DNA of 32,000 nt, taken from positions 210,001 to 242,000 of the forward strand of contig NW_008806289.1 of NCBI RefSeq assembly GCF_000400465.1, in the 5' to 3' direction. Below the pieces are notes generated by a model. The model was given only the letters and a program-made list of their open reading frames with translations, was not told the origin of the DNA and made no database searches. Shown in pieces: positions 10,327 through 21,909 of the stretch. This DNA is from Wallemia ichthyophaga EXF-994. Lineage: Eukaryota > Fungi > Basidiomycota. Numbering within the stretch: position 1 is the stretch's first letter; each line of letters begins with the position of its first letter. The position numbers and the translations under genes are program-made.

Positions 10327-12028
10327 CCTCCAGCTGACAAGAAAACTCTGTACATCTCAGTCGACTCTATTTTATCGTCACTTTTCGTGTACCTCACAAA
10401 TACTTCCATCACGTTCTTCCTTTGCAATGTAACTAACCAGTTCTGCTCCCCTGGTTGACACGTTGTAGTTGATCCAAATTGTATTATTGAACCATTGAAC
10501 CTCAACAGAATATCCCTACCTTCGGTTTTTATATCTTCCTTGTCGTACGTTTTCACCTCAACATTGATACCAGGTGGGAATGGAATCGTGAGAGTATGGT
10601 CAACGAAATATCTAAGATCGACGAATGATCTCCCAATCTTCATCGCCATAAGTGAGGGCTGCATCTTTAACATTTTATTTTCATGTGTAGAGTCCGCCCT
10701 TGCCTCAATAGGTAAAATAAGTTCATCTTTCTCGTCCTTCTTCTGTGTTTCAATTTTAGACGGTGTAGCAGATGGTGATTGTTGATGAGATTTTAGCAGT
10801 GGTTGTGATGCAAAATTTTCATTTGTTGGATCAATTGATGAGCGCTCAGATTGATACTGACTGATATCAAAATTAGGTGCAGCTTTAAGAGGAAATGATG
10901 GTCTTGTTTTGGGTGGTGGTTTAACGTCAACATATGTAGAAGGTATGCGTTGACCATCTGGTGTCATTACTATTCTGAACAGCTTCTCGTCCAGCATGTC
11001 ATCGGGTACGAACATTTTTAGCAGTTCGTACATTATGTCTTTCAATTCTCTAGCGTCGTTGTAGATTTCCGAGCCTTCTTCATTGAAATGCATCGCATTG
11101 TTGAACATGAGCTCCATATCTTCGACTATTTCACTGATTGTGGTGTAAAATTTCTCAGCCATGTTCTTGTTAATGATATCGAACGACATTGGGTTGTCAA
11201 TCACCTGCTTTTGTCAGCCGTCGGATGAGATAGTAAACCTAATCAACTCACATCGTAGTAGTAAGGCACCTCCTTCTCTTCAGGTAGAATATTGAAGGGC
11301 TCTGATAGTAATTTACCAGTATCTTTATCACGATGGGCCATCAATTTGTCAATAACTTTCTTCACAATCTTGTTTATACCCTTGGGTCTACCTCTTTTAG
11401 ATTTCTGTTGAGGGAAGAAGAAGCCACTCTCATTAGGATCAGGACCACCGTCAACGCTACCATATTCACAGAACTTTTGGAACCACTCTTTAACTTTCTT
11501 AAGCATAAATTTAGCATCAACTACGATTTGACTGTTCTTTGCGTTGTATTTCTTTGCATTAGCGAAGCAGAGTTCAAAGTCATTTTTCATTTCAAGCATG
11601 CTGACGTATTCCTTGTTATTGATTCTTGCTTCAATTTGTTGAAAAGATATTGGCTTCTTAATAACGGTATAATAATCGGGGAGAAATTCACCATTAGGAA
11701 GGTTAATGAATTCTGTTGATAATAATCTACCACTATCATCCTTCAAGTCTTTCATTTTATTATATAGATTTAACGATTGATCCAATTCGTTTTGTATATT
11801 ATTTACTTGATAGCTGTTCTTATCGGTATTTGTAACTCTTCTGCGCTTTCTAGAAGTTGAATTGCTCGCAGGTTCAATATCCAAATCATCTGCCAAGTAC
11901 TCATCTGAGTGACCTTCATCTTTGGCTTTAGATTCTAAAGGGACAGGTTCATCGATGTATTCATCATCAGCTTCACTTTTAGCTTCGTCTTTAATGTCCT
12001 CCTTGATATCCTTCACATCGTCTGCCAT
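10323..12028 (-). CDS. Tandem double-bromodomain protein, Rsc4/polybromo-like (RSC chromatin remodeller)
   Basis: Bromodomain 1: FINLP...LPDYYTVIKKPISFQQI...FANAKKYN..NSQI. Bromodomain 2: PFNILP...PYYYD|VIDNPMSFDII...MFNNAMHFNEEGSEIY. Intron 11205-11251. Probable start MADDVKD at 12028. Confidence 0.8.
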
Positions 12029-12449
12029 TTTGAGATAGTGATGATGATGTTGTTGGTTGAAGGAGGAAATCCATCGGGAAATGAATTGTTTGGTCAATCG
12101 GCATAGCTTGTGATGTATTTTACAAATGAATCGCACTTTCATACGCTCAAGTACAATCTTCAATATGATTGGTTGAAATCACTTTGCCTGTGAATTTGGA
12201 TAAATGTGAATAATTAAATTGTCTATCGAATTAAATTTGATTAGACAGCCACCATAGACATGACCATGTTGACGATCTGCACATAACTTTAATGACGTCG
12301 TCATAGCGGATATTGGTGGACTTGTATGGCTTAAAATAGTGACCTGAATGATCAAAGTACAGCCACATTTCACTCGGAATTTATTTGTTTTAACTTTATT
12401 CGTAATCAGTCTATTTTCCAGGCCCATAATCCCCTAAGAGAAGACCGCG

Positions 12450-14073
12450 ATGAGTAATGACTTGATTATTCTATTCGTTTTAATTTTGGCATGCCTATTA
12501 GCCTACAGACTAACCACAAACAAATCAAACGTACACAAATTCACGCGTATTAACAATAGCCACCTAATCTTTGGCAACTTCTTAGAGGCTTTAGGAATGT
12601 TTGACAAAAAATTCCCAGAATGGACTGAAATATACGGTCCAACTTTCATATTCGAAACTTTATTTCGCAAACAACATGTACACACGATCGACCCACTCGC
12701 TCTGGATCACATCCTCAGAAAGCGCAGTTACTCATATCCGAAAACGGTTGGTTTGAGGAAGTCTCTTGATTCAGTGATTGGTTTCGGTGGAATGATATCA
12801 TCTGAAGGCGATTATCATAAACGCCTAAAGAAGTTGATGACTAGCCCACTGAATAGCCCCACCAATTTGGAATCATTCATCCCTCTGATGAAGAGTAAGG
12901 GAGATCAGCTAGTCAAAGTTATCGAAAAGCTCATCGGTAATGAGAAGATTAAAGAATTAGATATTCTGCCGCTAATCGAAGAACTGGCTGGCGATATTGT
13001 TGGTCTTACATTATTCAGACTAGACCTCGGCTTATTACCAAACACTAATGATATCCATGCTAAGAATACCTCAAATATCGCTAAAGCTGTTGAACACCTC
13101 TCAGACAGCAAAGGTGACGCTAGTCTGGCATTCTTTTTACAATTCGTTATCCCAATAACTGGTTCATTGCCAACATCTACACAAAGACTGAATAAAAAGC
13201 ACCTTAGTGAATTTAAAAAGACTGCTGAAATACTCTATCACAACAAACTTGAAAGTTTGCAAGAATCAAAGGAGATTGGTGAAGATTTGAACACAGAAAA
13301 CGATATCCTGACACTCCTCATCGATGCAAACTTGAAGCAGGTGAAAAGTGAACAATTTACTAAGGATCAGATTATATCACAAATCACTACGTTTATTGTG
13401 AGTGTGTGTTGACCGCCTATCATTGCTAAATGTCATCCTTCTCCAGATAGCAGGCATAGATACAACTACCGTCACGCTCAATTGGATATTATACGCTTTA
13501 TCTACCAATCAATCAACACAATCAAAGTTAAGACATGAGATTGAGACTGCCAACATCAAACATGATCCAAGCCCAACACTCAATAGCATCAACTCCTTAG
13601 ATTATTTAGATGCAGTAGTCAAAGAAGGACTGAGATTGTATGCGGCAGTTCCAAACACGATTAGAGAGGCGAGTCAGGATGATGTCATCCCACTCAAGTA
13701 CCCGATCAAAGATAGAAAGACAGGAGAACTGATGGATAAGATAATAGTAAACAAGGGTCAGCAGATACTGATTCCTATACATTCCTACAACAAGTCATCG
13801 TACAACTTCGATGACGGATACGTTTTCAAACCAGAGAGGTGGATTGAGAATCCCAATCAGCCAATTTTGACATTCTTGGATGGTACTAGAATGTGTATCG
13901 GTGCCAAATTGGCTTTATTAGAGATTAAACTTACGCTTATACACTTGATCACTTCTTTTCACTTCGATTTCGATGATGCTTATGAAGTAGAGGCAAGAGG
14001 TAGAGTCACACTCCATCCATCTGTAAAGGGTCTGAAAAATCCTAAAATGTTATTAAATTTGAATAAATTATAA
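12450..14073 (+). CDS. Cytochrome P450 (copy 1)
   Basis: N-terminal TM anchor. I-helix TTFI|IAGIDTT across intron 13398-13446. K-helix EGLR, KPERW, heme motif FLDGTRMCIG. Confidence 0.93.
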
Positions 14074-14097
14074 TTATAAGACTCTTATAACACAACT

Positions 14098-15723
14098 ATG
14101 ATGATCTGGTGGCTTGGGAGTCTAGTTATAGCCGTGATAATAGCTTTATACATAAGAAGATATCCTACAAATGTCAACAATATCCCCAGAATCCCGTTCT
14201 CAAGTTATTTCTTCGGTCATGTCAAGCATCTGTTTGATAAATGCTTTGGCGATTGTCTGATTGGCTGGACGAATGAATATGGATACACTTACGTGTTAGA
14301 GTCTATTCTCAGAGAACCTTTATTACACACTATCGATAAGTCAGCACTTAATCACGTTCTCCAGAGGAACTCGCACAATTATACCAAACCCCAGGCAGTC
14401 CAAAACGTGATGCGGAAAGTATTCGGACGTGATGGTATATTTATCTCAGAAGGTTCTCAGCACAAAAAGCTACGCAAATTAATGACGCCGTCTTTCTTCA
14501 CTGCTAGCAATCTCCAGAACTTCATTCCAATCATTCAACAGAAGTCTGCGGAATTGGTTGATGTTTTCGGCAAAAAAGATACTGTGCAGTTTGACGTGCT
14601 ACAAGACTTTAAAAATGTCTCTACTGATATTGTCGGCATGATTGGTCAGTGTGATTGACATTATATACGTCATACTGATCGACAATCAGGCTTCGGTTTC
14701 TCATTCGATCTGTTAAACCCTATCAAAAAACGTGATCAGCGTCAAATAGAGTTGCATCAAGCGTTACAACACGTTATCGCATCTGCTGGTTCATCATCTC
14801 TATTCACGTCCTTATCACTATTCATATCTTCAATGAAGATAATTCCAACAAAAAGTTTTAAGCTTTTGAAAGAAGCTATGGCTTTGTTCGAGCAAGTTGG
14901 TTTGGATCTTATGAAAGGGAGGAAAGAAGTAGAGAAAGAGAATGAGGAGATCGGTGAAGGCTCATTCCAAGGCAAAGATGTGCTATCCCTACTTATGAAA
15001 TCGAATCTCAGACCTGAACTCAACCCAAGCGATAGACTGAGTACTTCAGAGGTCGTTTCGCAGATTGCAACTTTTTTGGTCGCCGGTACTGATACAACGT
15101 CGAACGCTATGGCTTATATGCTTCACTCGTTAGCTTCAAATAAACGAGTGCAAGATAAATTACGCAGCGAGATAATCGAGCACGCACTAAATATGAATGA
15201 ATCAACCTCGCTTAATGACGTCAATTCACTTCCATATCTCGATATGGTGATTAAGGAGACACTCAGACTGAACGCACCTGTTCCCCTCACTATCAGACAA
15301 GCTACAAATGCTGATGTCATACCCCTAGCTCATCCAGTGAAGGATACAAAGACAGGTGATATGATTTCACAGATAGTGGTTAAGCCTGGACAGAAGGTCG
15401 TGATCGGAATACACTCATACAACAAATCTAACTTGATGTGGGACAAGCCGCTCGAGTATATTCCAGAGCGGTACGAAAATGACACCCACAGCCCACCTTA
15501 TCTATCTTTCATCGACGGTCAGAGAGTGTGTATCGGATATAAAGTAGCGATACTTGAAATGAAGATCACTGCTATCAACTTAATCAAGAACTTTACCTTC
15601 TCACTCCCTGATCCACCGCACAACATCGTGAAAACCGGTAGAATGGTTCATACACCGTGGATTCGCGAGCGCATGGATCTAGGCACTAGGCTAGAGCTGC
15701 AAGTGAATGAATACAAGCTCTAG
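14098..15723 (+). CDS. Cytochrome P450 (copy 2)
   Basis: TM anchor, intron 14645-14689, AGTDTT, ETLR, IPERY, FIDGQRVCIG. Confidence 0.93.
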
Positions 15724-15812
15724 AAGTATATAATCATATCATACGTATAGAATTATAGAAAAAGTGTAGAATCACATGTGAAGTATGTTTTATGTTACAT
15801 AACCAACCTACT

Positions 15813-17469
15813 CTATCGAATATTACCACTTTTATTTCCGCCTCTTTCTAAAATACCCATACCGTCCTTCTTTGTACCACTTGATCCAGTCTTTGATTCC
15901 CATACTTTCCAGAACTTGAGTGATTCGTCACCTGCACCTGTTGCGAGAATGGTTCCATCAGGAGATAAACCTGAGTGCAAGACACGGGCGTCGTGAGCTG
16001 GCCAAGCGCCTACATTTGATAGAGATGGGTATGAGTGAACTTGAATGTTATTTTCACTGCGGGGTGGGTTAGTCAAGTGTCTCCCGTGATAGCATCACCA
16101 CTCACGGGAATCCATGTGTTGACAGGATCTCACGCGTGTGGTGTGAGAAATGTAAACCGGTAACCTGGCTGTCGAGTTTGAGAGAGTTGAGTCGAGCGCC
16201 TGTGGCAGACTGCCAGAAATGGATAGTATGATCACCTGTACCACCGCCAGAAGCTAAGAGCGAAGGTGTCCACGGACACCAAGCTAAGGCTTTGACGGCA
16301 GCCTCGTGGTTGCGTTTTGACCATCTCGGTTCAGGGCTTCTACCTTGAGCTGATTCGGAGGGTGAGGATGTACCAGTACCGACTCTCCAATCCCAGCAAT
16401 TGACAACATTGTCGTTTCCACCACTGGCAAGGGTGTAACCTTCCTGCGGTTTCCATGCCAGTCCTGTGACTTCAGATGCGTGGCCATTCAGCTCACCAAC
16501 TTTGTGTTGCTGTACTCTAACATCGTGCAGGTGGATCTGACCAGATTTAGAACCAGATGCCAGTATATGTTGCGACCAAGATAATGTACCAGTTCTAGCT
16601 AAATGACCGGCCATCTTTCTCAGTCTCTTGCCTGATTCTATGTCGTAGATCTGTATAGAGGAATCCGCCCAACCAGTAGCGAGATATGAACCGTCTTCTG
16701 TCCACTTGAGCGACTGAACATCACCACTGTTGAAATCCTCGCCATTGCAAAGCTCCTTCACAGACCCGTCGTCGGCATTCCACACAAATACGCGTGCACC
16801 AATACCGACAGCCAGAAGATTGGTGCTCGACCAGCTAAGAAGGTTGTAATAAAAATCATCCACTAATCCTGGCGCATCTAGCACTCTGTCTGGTTTCATC
16901 TTTGACAGATTCCGCTTAGGGTTTGGCTGTGCCTTGGTGCTGCTCGACGAAGCGTTGCGACTCGAGGTAGATTTAGCTAAATTGATGCGAATGTCCGTGT
17001 GCACACTCGCACTGCTCACAGGCGGGGGCTCTGCGAATGCGAGGATACGCTTGCTGTTGGTTGCGCTCCCTACAGCCCCATCGCCGTCGGTAGTCAGGAG
17101 CGGTGGCTCGTGCTCAATATCCTCCTCGTGATCCTTAGTGTTGCTAGCTTCTAAAGCTGCTCTGTTTGGTACGAAGCGATCCTTCTCATTTGTCAGCGAT
17201 TTCGACGCGCTTATGACACGCTCACCCTGTCCAGCTGTATTTCGTCAGTCTACGCTTCTCTACACTCATTTCCTCACCTTCCTCGTCTCGCGTTTCGCAT
17301 CGCCGACTTGGGACGCAGACGTGTCTCCGCCGCGTCCAACTACATCCATCGTACGCGTGTGCTCTCTTCGGAGGCTGTCGACAGACGACGACCGCGACGT
17401 ATTCTCCTCGTCTTTCGTCAGCGCGAGTTTCGATAATTCTGCAGAGAGTGATTGTGGTGATGATGGCAT
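15813..17469 (-). CDS. CDC20: APC/C activator Cdc20/Fizzy (Slp1), WD40 protein
   Basis: C-box DRFVPNR, KRILAF motif, RVLDAPGLVDDFYYNLLSWS, WD40 repeats (ASGGNDN, KALAWCPW) and C-terminal IR tail (GNIR*). Introns 16057-16105, 17182-17225 and 17235-17277. Confidence 0.9.
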
Positions 17470-17926
17470 TGCTTCGTGGTGGTTGGGGTTAGAGGGGGTG
17501 ATGGTATAATGACTGCTCAAGACGCCTCCACTCAATATGCCTCGACTCGCACAGAATATCGCCAGATGTACAGGGTGACGCTGATTGGCAATTTAGGCTG
17601 AACCTTTAGCATTTTCTAGCACGTCCTAGTTTCTGCCGCAACCGACTAACAAGTTAATACACCATGCACTGAGCTCCTTGGATCCGCCATTACCCGAAAA
17701 TTTTATAATTACACCGCACAGAGCCAACGTACATAATGATAGACTTTTTCATCATGTTACTTGAATGGGAAAGCCGTCGCGTCGATTCTTTGACCACTTA
17801 AGATACGACCCTACGTCGGATGTGATTAGCGAGAGGCACGCAGCATCAAGGTGTCTCAGATACGTCGGAACTAATTTCAAATTTTTAACAATTCTTACGA
17901 TGATCTACTTTTAGGAACAGACTCCG

Positions 17927-19554
17927 ATGATGTGGTTGCTTGGGAGTGTCGTTGCAGCTGCACTGATTGCCTTATATCTACGCAGATATCCTACGAATGT
18001 CAGTCATATCCCTAGAATCCCGTTCTCAAGTTATTTCTTCGGTCATGTCAAAGATATTTCTGATGAATGCTTCGGGGAACGTATGGTTAGCTGGACAAAT
18101 GAATATGGACACACTTACGTGATAGATTCCTTTTTAAGAGAGCCCTATATCCACACTATGGATAAGTCAGCACTTTACCATATTTTCCAGACGAACTCAC
18201 AAAATTACACCAAACCTAAGGCTTTCCGAGACGTAATGAGAACGATGATAGGTCGTGATGGCATACTCATCACTGAAGGCGCTCAGCACAAGAAGTTACG
18301 CAAATTAATGACACCGTCTTTCTTCACTGCTGGAAATTTACAGAACTTCATTCCAATCATTCAACAAAAAGCTACAGAATTGGTTGATGTTTTCAACAAT
18401 AAGGAGAAAGTGACATGTGATGTGCTGGACCCTTTGATGAATTTTTCTACTGATGTTGTCGGTTTAATTGGTGGGTGTGATACTAATGTTTTGTATGTTA
18501 TACTGATCGGCCCGACCCAGGTTTCGGTTTCTCATTCGATATGTTAAGCCCTGAAAGGAGACGTGAACAGCGTCAATCAGACCTGCAACAGGCGGTAGAA
18601 AGGATATTTTCTTCGGCTGGTCCTTCTTCGCTCTTAGCGTCAGTTTCATTTTTCATGTCCTCAATAATGATAATTCCAACAAAGGCTTTAAAACTTATAA
18701 AACAGGCCATGAGCTTGCTCGAGCACGTTGGGTTGGATCTAATGAAGGAAAAGGAAGAGGCAGAAAAAGAGAATGAAGAGATTGGTGAAGATTCATTCCA
18801 GGGTAAAGATATACTGTCTTTGCTAATGAAATCAAATCTCAATCCTGATCTCAATCCAAGTGATAAAATGAGTACTTCGGAGGTCGTTTCGCAGATTTCT
18901 ACTTTCCTGCTTGCTGGACTTGATACAACGTCAACTACGATGACGTTTATGCTCCACTCGTTAGCTTCGAATAAACGAGTGCAAGATAAATTGCGTAGCG
19001 AGATAATCGAACACGCACTAAATATGAATGAATCAACCTCGCTTAATGACGTCAATGCACTTCCTTATCTGGATTTGGTGATAAAAGAGGCACTCAGACT
19101 TAACGGACCTGTGCCTCTTGTTTTCAGGCAAGCTACAAAAGCCGATGTCATACCCTTAGCAAATCCAGTGAAGGATACAAAGACTGGTGATATGATTTCA
19201 CAGATAGTGATCAAGCCTGGTCAGAAGGTAGCGATCGGAATTCACTCATACAACAAATCTAACTTGATGTGGGACAAACCACTAGAGTTCATTCCAGAGC
19301 GGTACGAAAATGACACCCACAGCCCACCTAATCTATCTTTCATCGACGGCCAGAGAGTGTGCATTGGATTCAAATTAGCTTCGCTTCAAATGAAAATTTC
19401 TACCATTAACCTGATTAAAAACTTTACATTCTCGCTCCCTGATCCACCACAGACCCTCGTGAGAGCGGGTAGAGTGGTACATAAGCCTTACATTGGCGAG
19501 CGCAAGTATTTAGGTGCTAGATTAGAATTGCAAGTAAATGAGTACAAGCTTTAA
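17927..19554 (+). CDS. Cytochrome P450 (copy 3, close paralogue of copy 2)
   Basis: Intron 18471-18520 is at the same position as in copy 2. AGLDTT, EALR, IPERY, FIDGQRVCIG. Confidence 0.93.
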
Positions 19555-19664
19555 TATGTAGGATTATGGATATTTCATATATTTGTTTTAAAGAGTTGTA
19601 TTGCCGATTAGTCGTCACCTCATCTTCTGCAAGATGGCAAGTCGTGAAGGCGGGCAAAGTGAAA

Positions 19665-21844
19665 TTAGATTACATTAGTTTGAAAAGATGGTTTGAATAT
19701 TGGTAGTATGTGTGCCTAGGTAGTTGCGTCAGTCGCGTGTGTCTACTGCACTGTAAACTTACTTCAGTGTTGAATACTACCTCTGTAATTGCGTCGTTAG
19801 CAGTGGTATTTACGCATTAAACTACACTTACTGTCTAAAGGTGCTACTGAATTATCCTCAAATAGTAAATAAAGATATTTGAACGTCTCACTCTGTGTTG
19901 TGATAAGCATGGCATCTAAAACAACACACAATGACTACACCTACCAGTAGAAACGTCTCCATTTTGTCTTCATGATCTACTGGAACTTTGTTCACATTCA
20001 TTATACTAGCGTATCCGCCGCTGTTTATTTTTGCATGCTTCTCTATAGATTCAAATATGCTCCAACCCCACTCTCTGTACTTGTTGTTGCCGCTTAGCCT
20101 AAATGCTATGAAGATGGACTCCACAGTCTCCGGTCTGAGAATATAACGTCCGTCGATTGTGTCTTCACCACGTGAAGGCTTTATGTACCAATCCTCCTTC
20201 TGTCCTCTATAATCGCCAACTTGATGGAAGTGAATAATCTCCGGGGACAGACCCGACTTTGTTGAGGTGTATGTGTCGTACTGTTGATGCTTATGTGAGT
20301 TTGTTAACGAAAGCGAGTCTAGTGACGTACACATGTTTTGAGTAACTCTTCTCCAACCCACCAATCCTCACGTTGTTGAGTGGTGAATGTACTTTGATCT
20401 AGCGGAAGATGACTTTTGCCTTCGTGAACGCCGAGGAGAAAGAGTCCTGGCAAAAAGCAGACCTGAAATGATCAATTTGGCAAAAGTGGAAGGAGAACAA
20501 ACACACCAGATGGTCTTGCTTGTTGTATGGCCGGTATTCAGGTCTGAAAACGTTGTCAGAACATGACAAAATAAGCTAAGACAGCTGTCTCGCCTTTCAA
20601 TTCCACGCTTTGGGGTGAGTTCTATAGTATGTACCATCTTTTTGGGTCCTTGAGTCATTTTCAACAAGTGTCTTTTGATACCTCGACGAGCAGTATCATA
20701 CATGTCTTTGTAAACATGCTCGGTACTTGCTGTCTGAAGGTACTGCTTCAAGAGGTACTCGTAGTAGGAGTCGGCTCTAGAACCCAGTCGGATTGAACTA
20801 AAGTAGAAGTTTTTAACATGAGGACTGTTATTATGTAAACTGATATGATGGCATATTTGTGAGAAACATACTCAATGAAAATAGGTACCAAGCCATCTCT
20901 TTTTGGAGCATCCTTGATCAGTTGCATGACTCCTTCTGACTTTCTCCAGAATAAAGAATCGTCTAGTAGTTGAGAAAGGTATTTGAATTCCAATTGCAGA
21001 CTTGCGGCCTCTGCTGTACTTATGAAACCTCTGTTATCTTGATCGGATATACCCTCCATTCGATGCAAGTTGACGAAAGATAGAGGAAGACCGGAGTCTT
21101 GGTCGAATGAGGATACCAAGCGCTCGCCTAAGTCAGCAGCTAGATTAAGGTACAAAGGGTCTGGATTGCTTAGGTTTTGACTGAAAGGGTTTGATGAGAG
21201 ATAGTAAGACGATAGTAAACCACCGAGGACGCTGTTGTGGGTTAAAAGGAGTGTAAGTACTAGCAAATGAAAATATTTACCGGATTGTAGTCTGAGTGGG
21301 ATTAAGAGGATTTCTGTTTAGACAAGTAAAACACGCACTTCAAAGGTATTGAATTTGTCATCTACGTCGAAGGATAGTTCATTTTCAATCCAATTTCTTG
21401 CTCTGGCATACTCATCGGTGAGACCCATGAGTTGAATAGTATCACTGCGAGTGAACGAGTAAGTGTGCGGTATATGTGATAATAAGAAACATACAGACTA
21501 TCAATGATAGTGTAACCAATTCCGGCTGAATTTGAAAGATTTGAGCCAGATTGAGAAATTGGATGGTATTCATCGGATCCCCACGCGTCCCTCTCATAAG
21601 CAAACCACGCGTGCTTGAAAGCAGATTTAACAGCATCGCGTTTAGGGAAATCAGGTCCAAGATATAAATCATGTGTGGGTAAATCAAGATTCTTATCTTT
21701 AACGATGAGTTTCTTTGGCTGTGAGTTGAGTACTTTGTACTTTGAATGATTGATCCTTGTAAAATAATGATTCAGTAATAATCCAATTCCTATTCCAATG
21801 AATAGTATTTTAAGCGCCAGCTTCTTACTCCAAATCCCGTGCAT
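19665..21844 (-). CDS. MNS1: Class I alpha-1,2-mannosidase (GH47, Mns1-like), type II membrane protein, many introns
   Basis: N-terminal TM segment, AFKHAWFAYERDAWGSDEYHPIS, AEAASLQLEFKYLS, YILRPETVES, KMETFLL|SETFKYLYLLF, VVFNTE|AHILPIF. The stop at 19665 was reconstructed by splicing. Confidence 0.9.
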
Positions 21845-21909
21845 TTCAATTCCTATTTCATTGACTGAGTCCACAACACAAAAGAATCCTTAACCAGAAA
21901 CCACCATCA

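Noticed and set aside
12029-12163. ORF-track N-terminal extensions (bromodomain gene to 12163; also CAO to 6554, CDC20 to 17535, MNS1 to 21874)
   Set aside because: They begin at non-ATG or poorly supported codons upstream of more plausible ATGs, and are likely UTR.
12450-15723. P450-1/P450-2 translational fusion (same frame)
   Set aside because: Two TAA codons lie in the 24-nt linker, there is no GT-AG intron to remove them, and P450-2 has its own TM anchor.
17540-17926. Possible Mcm1/MCB/CCAAT cell-cycle elements in the CDC20 promoter (TTACCCGAAAAT, GTCGCGTC, GATTGG)
   Set aside because: Only partial matches of short motifs, not supportable without conservation data.
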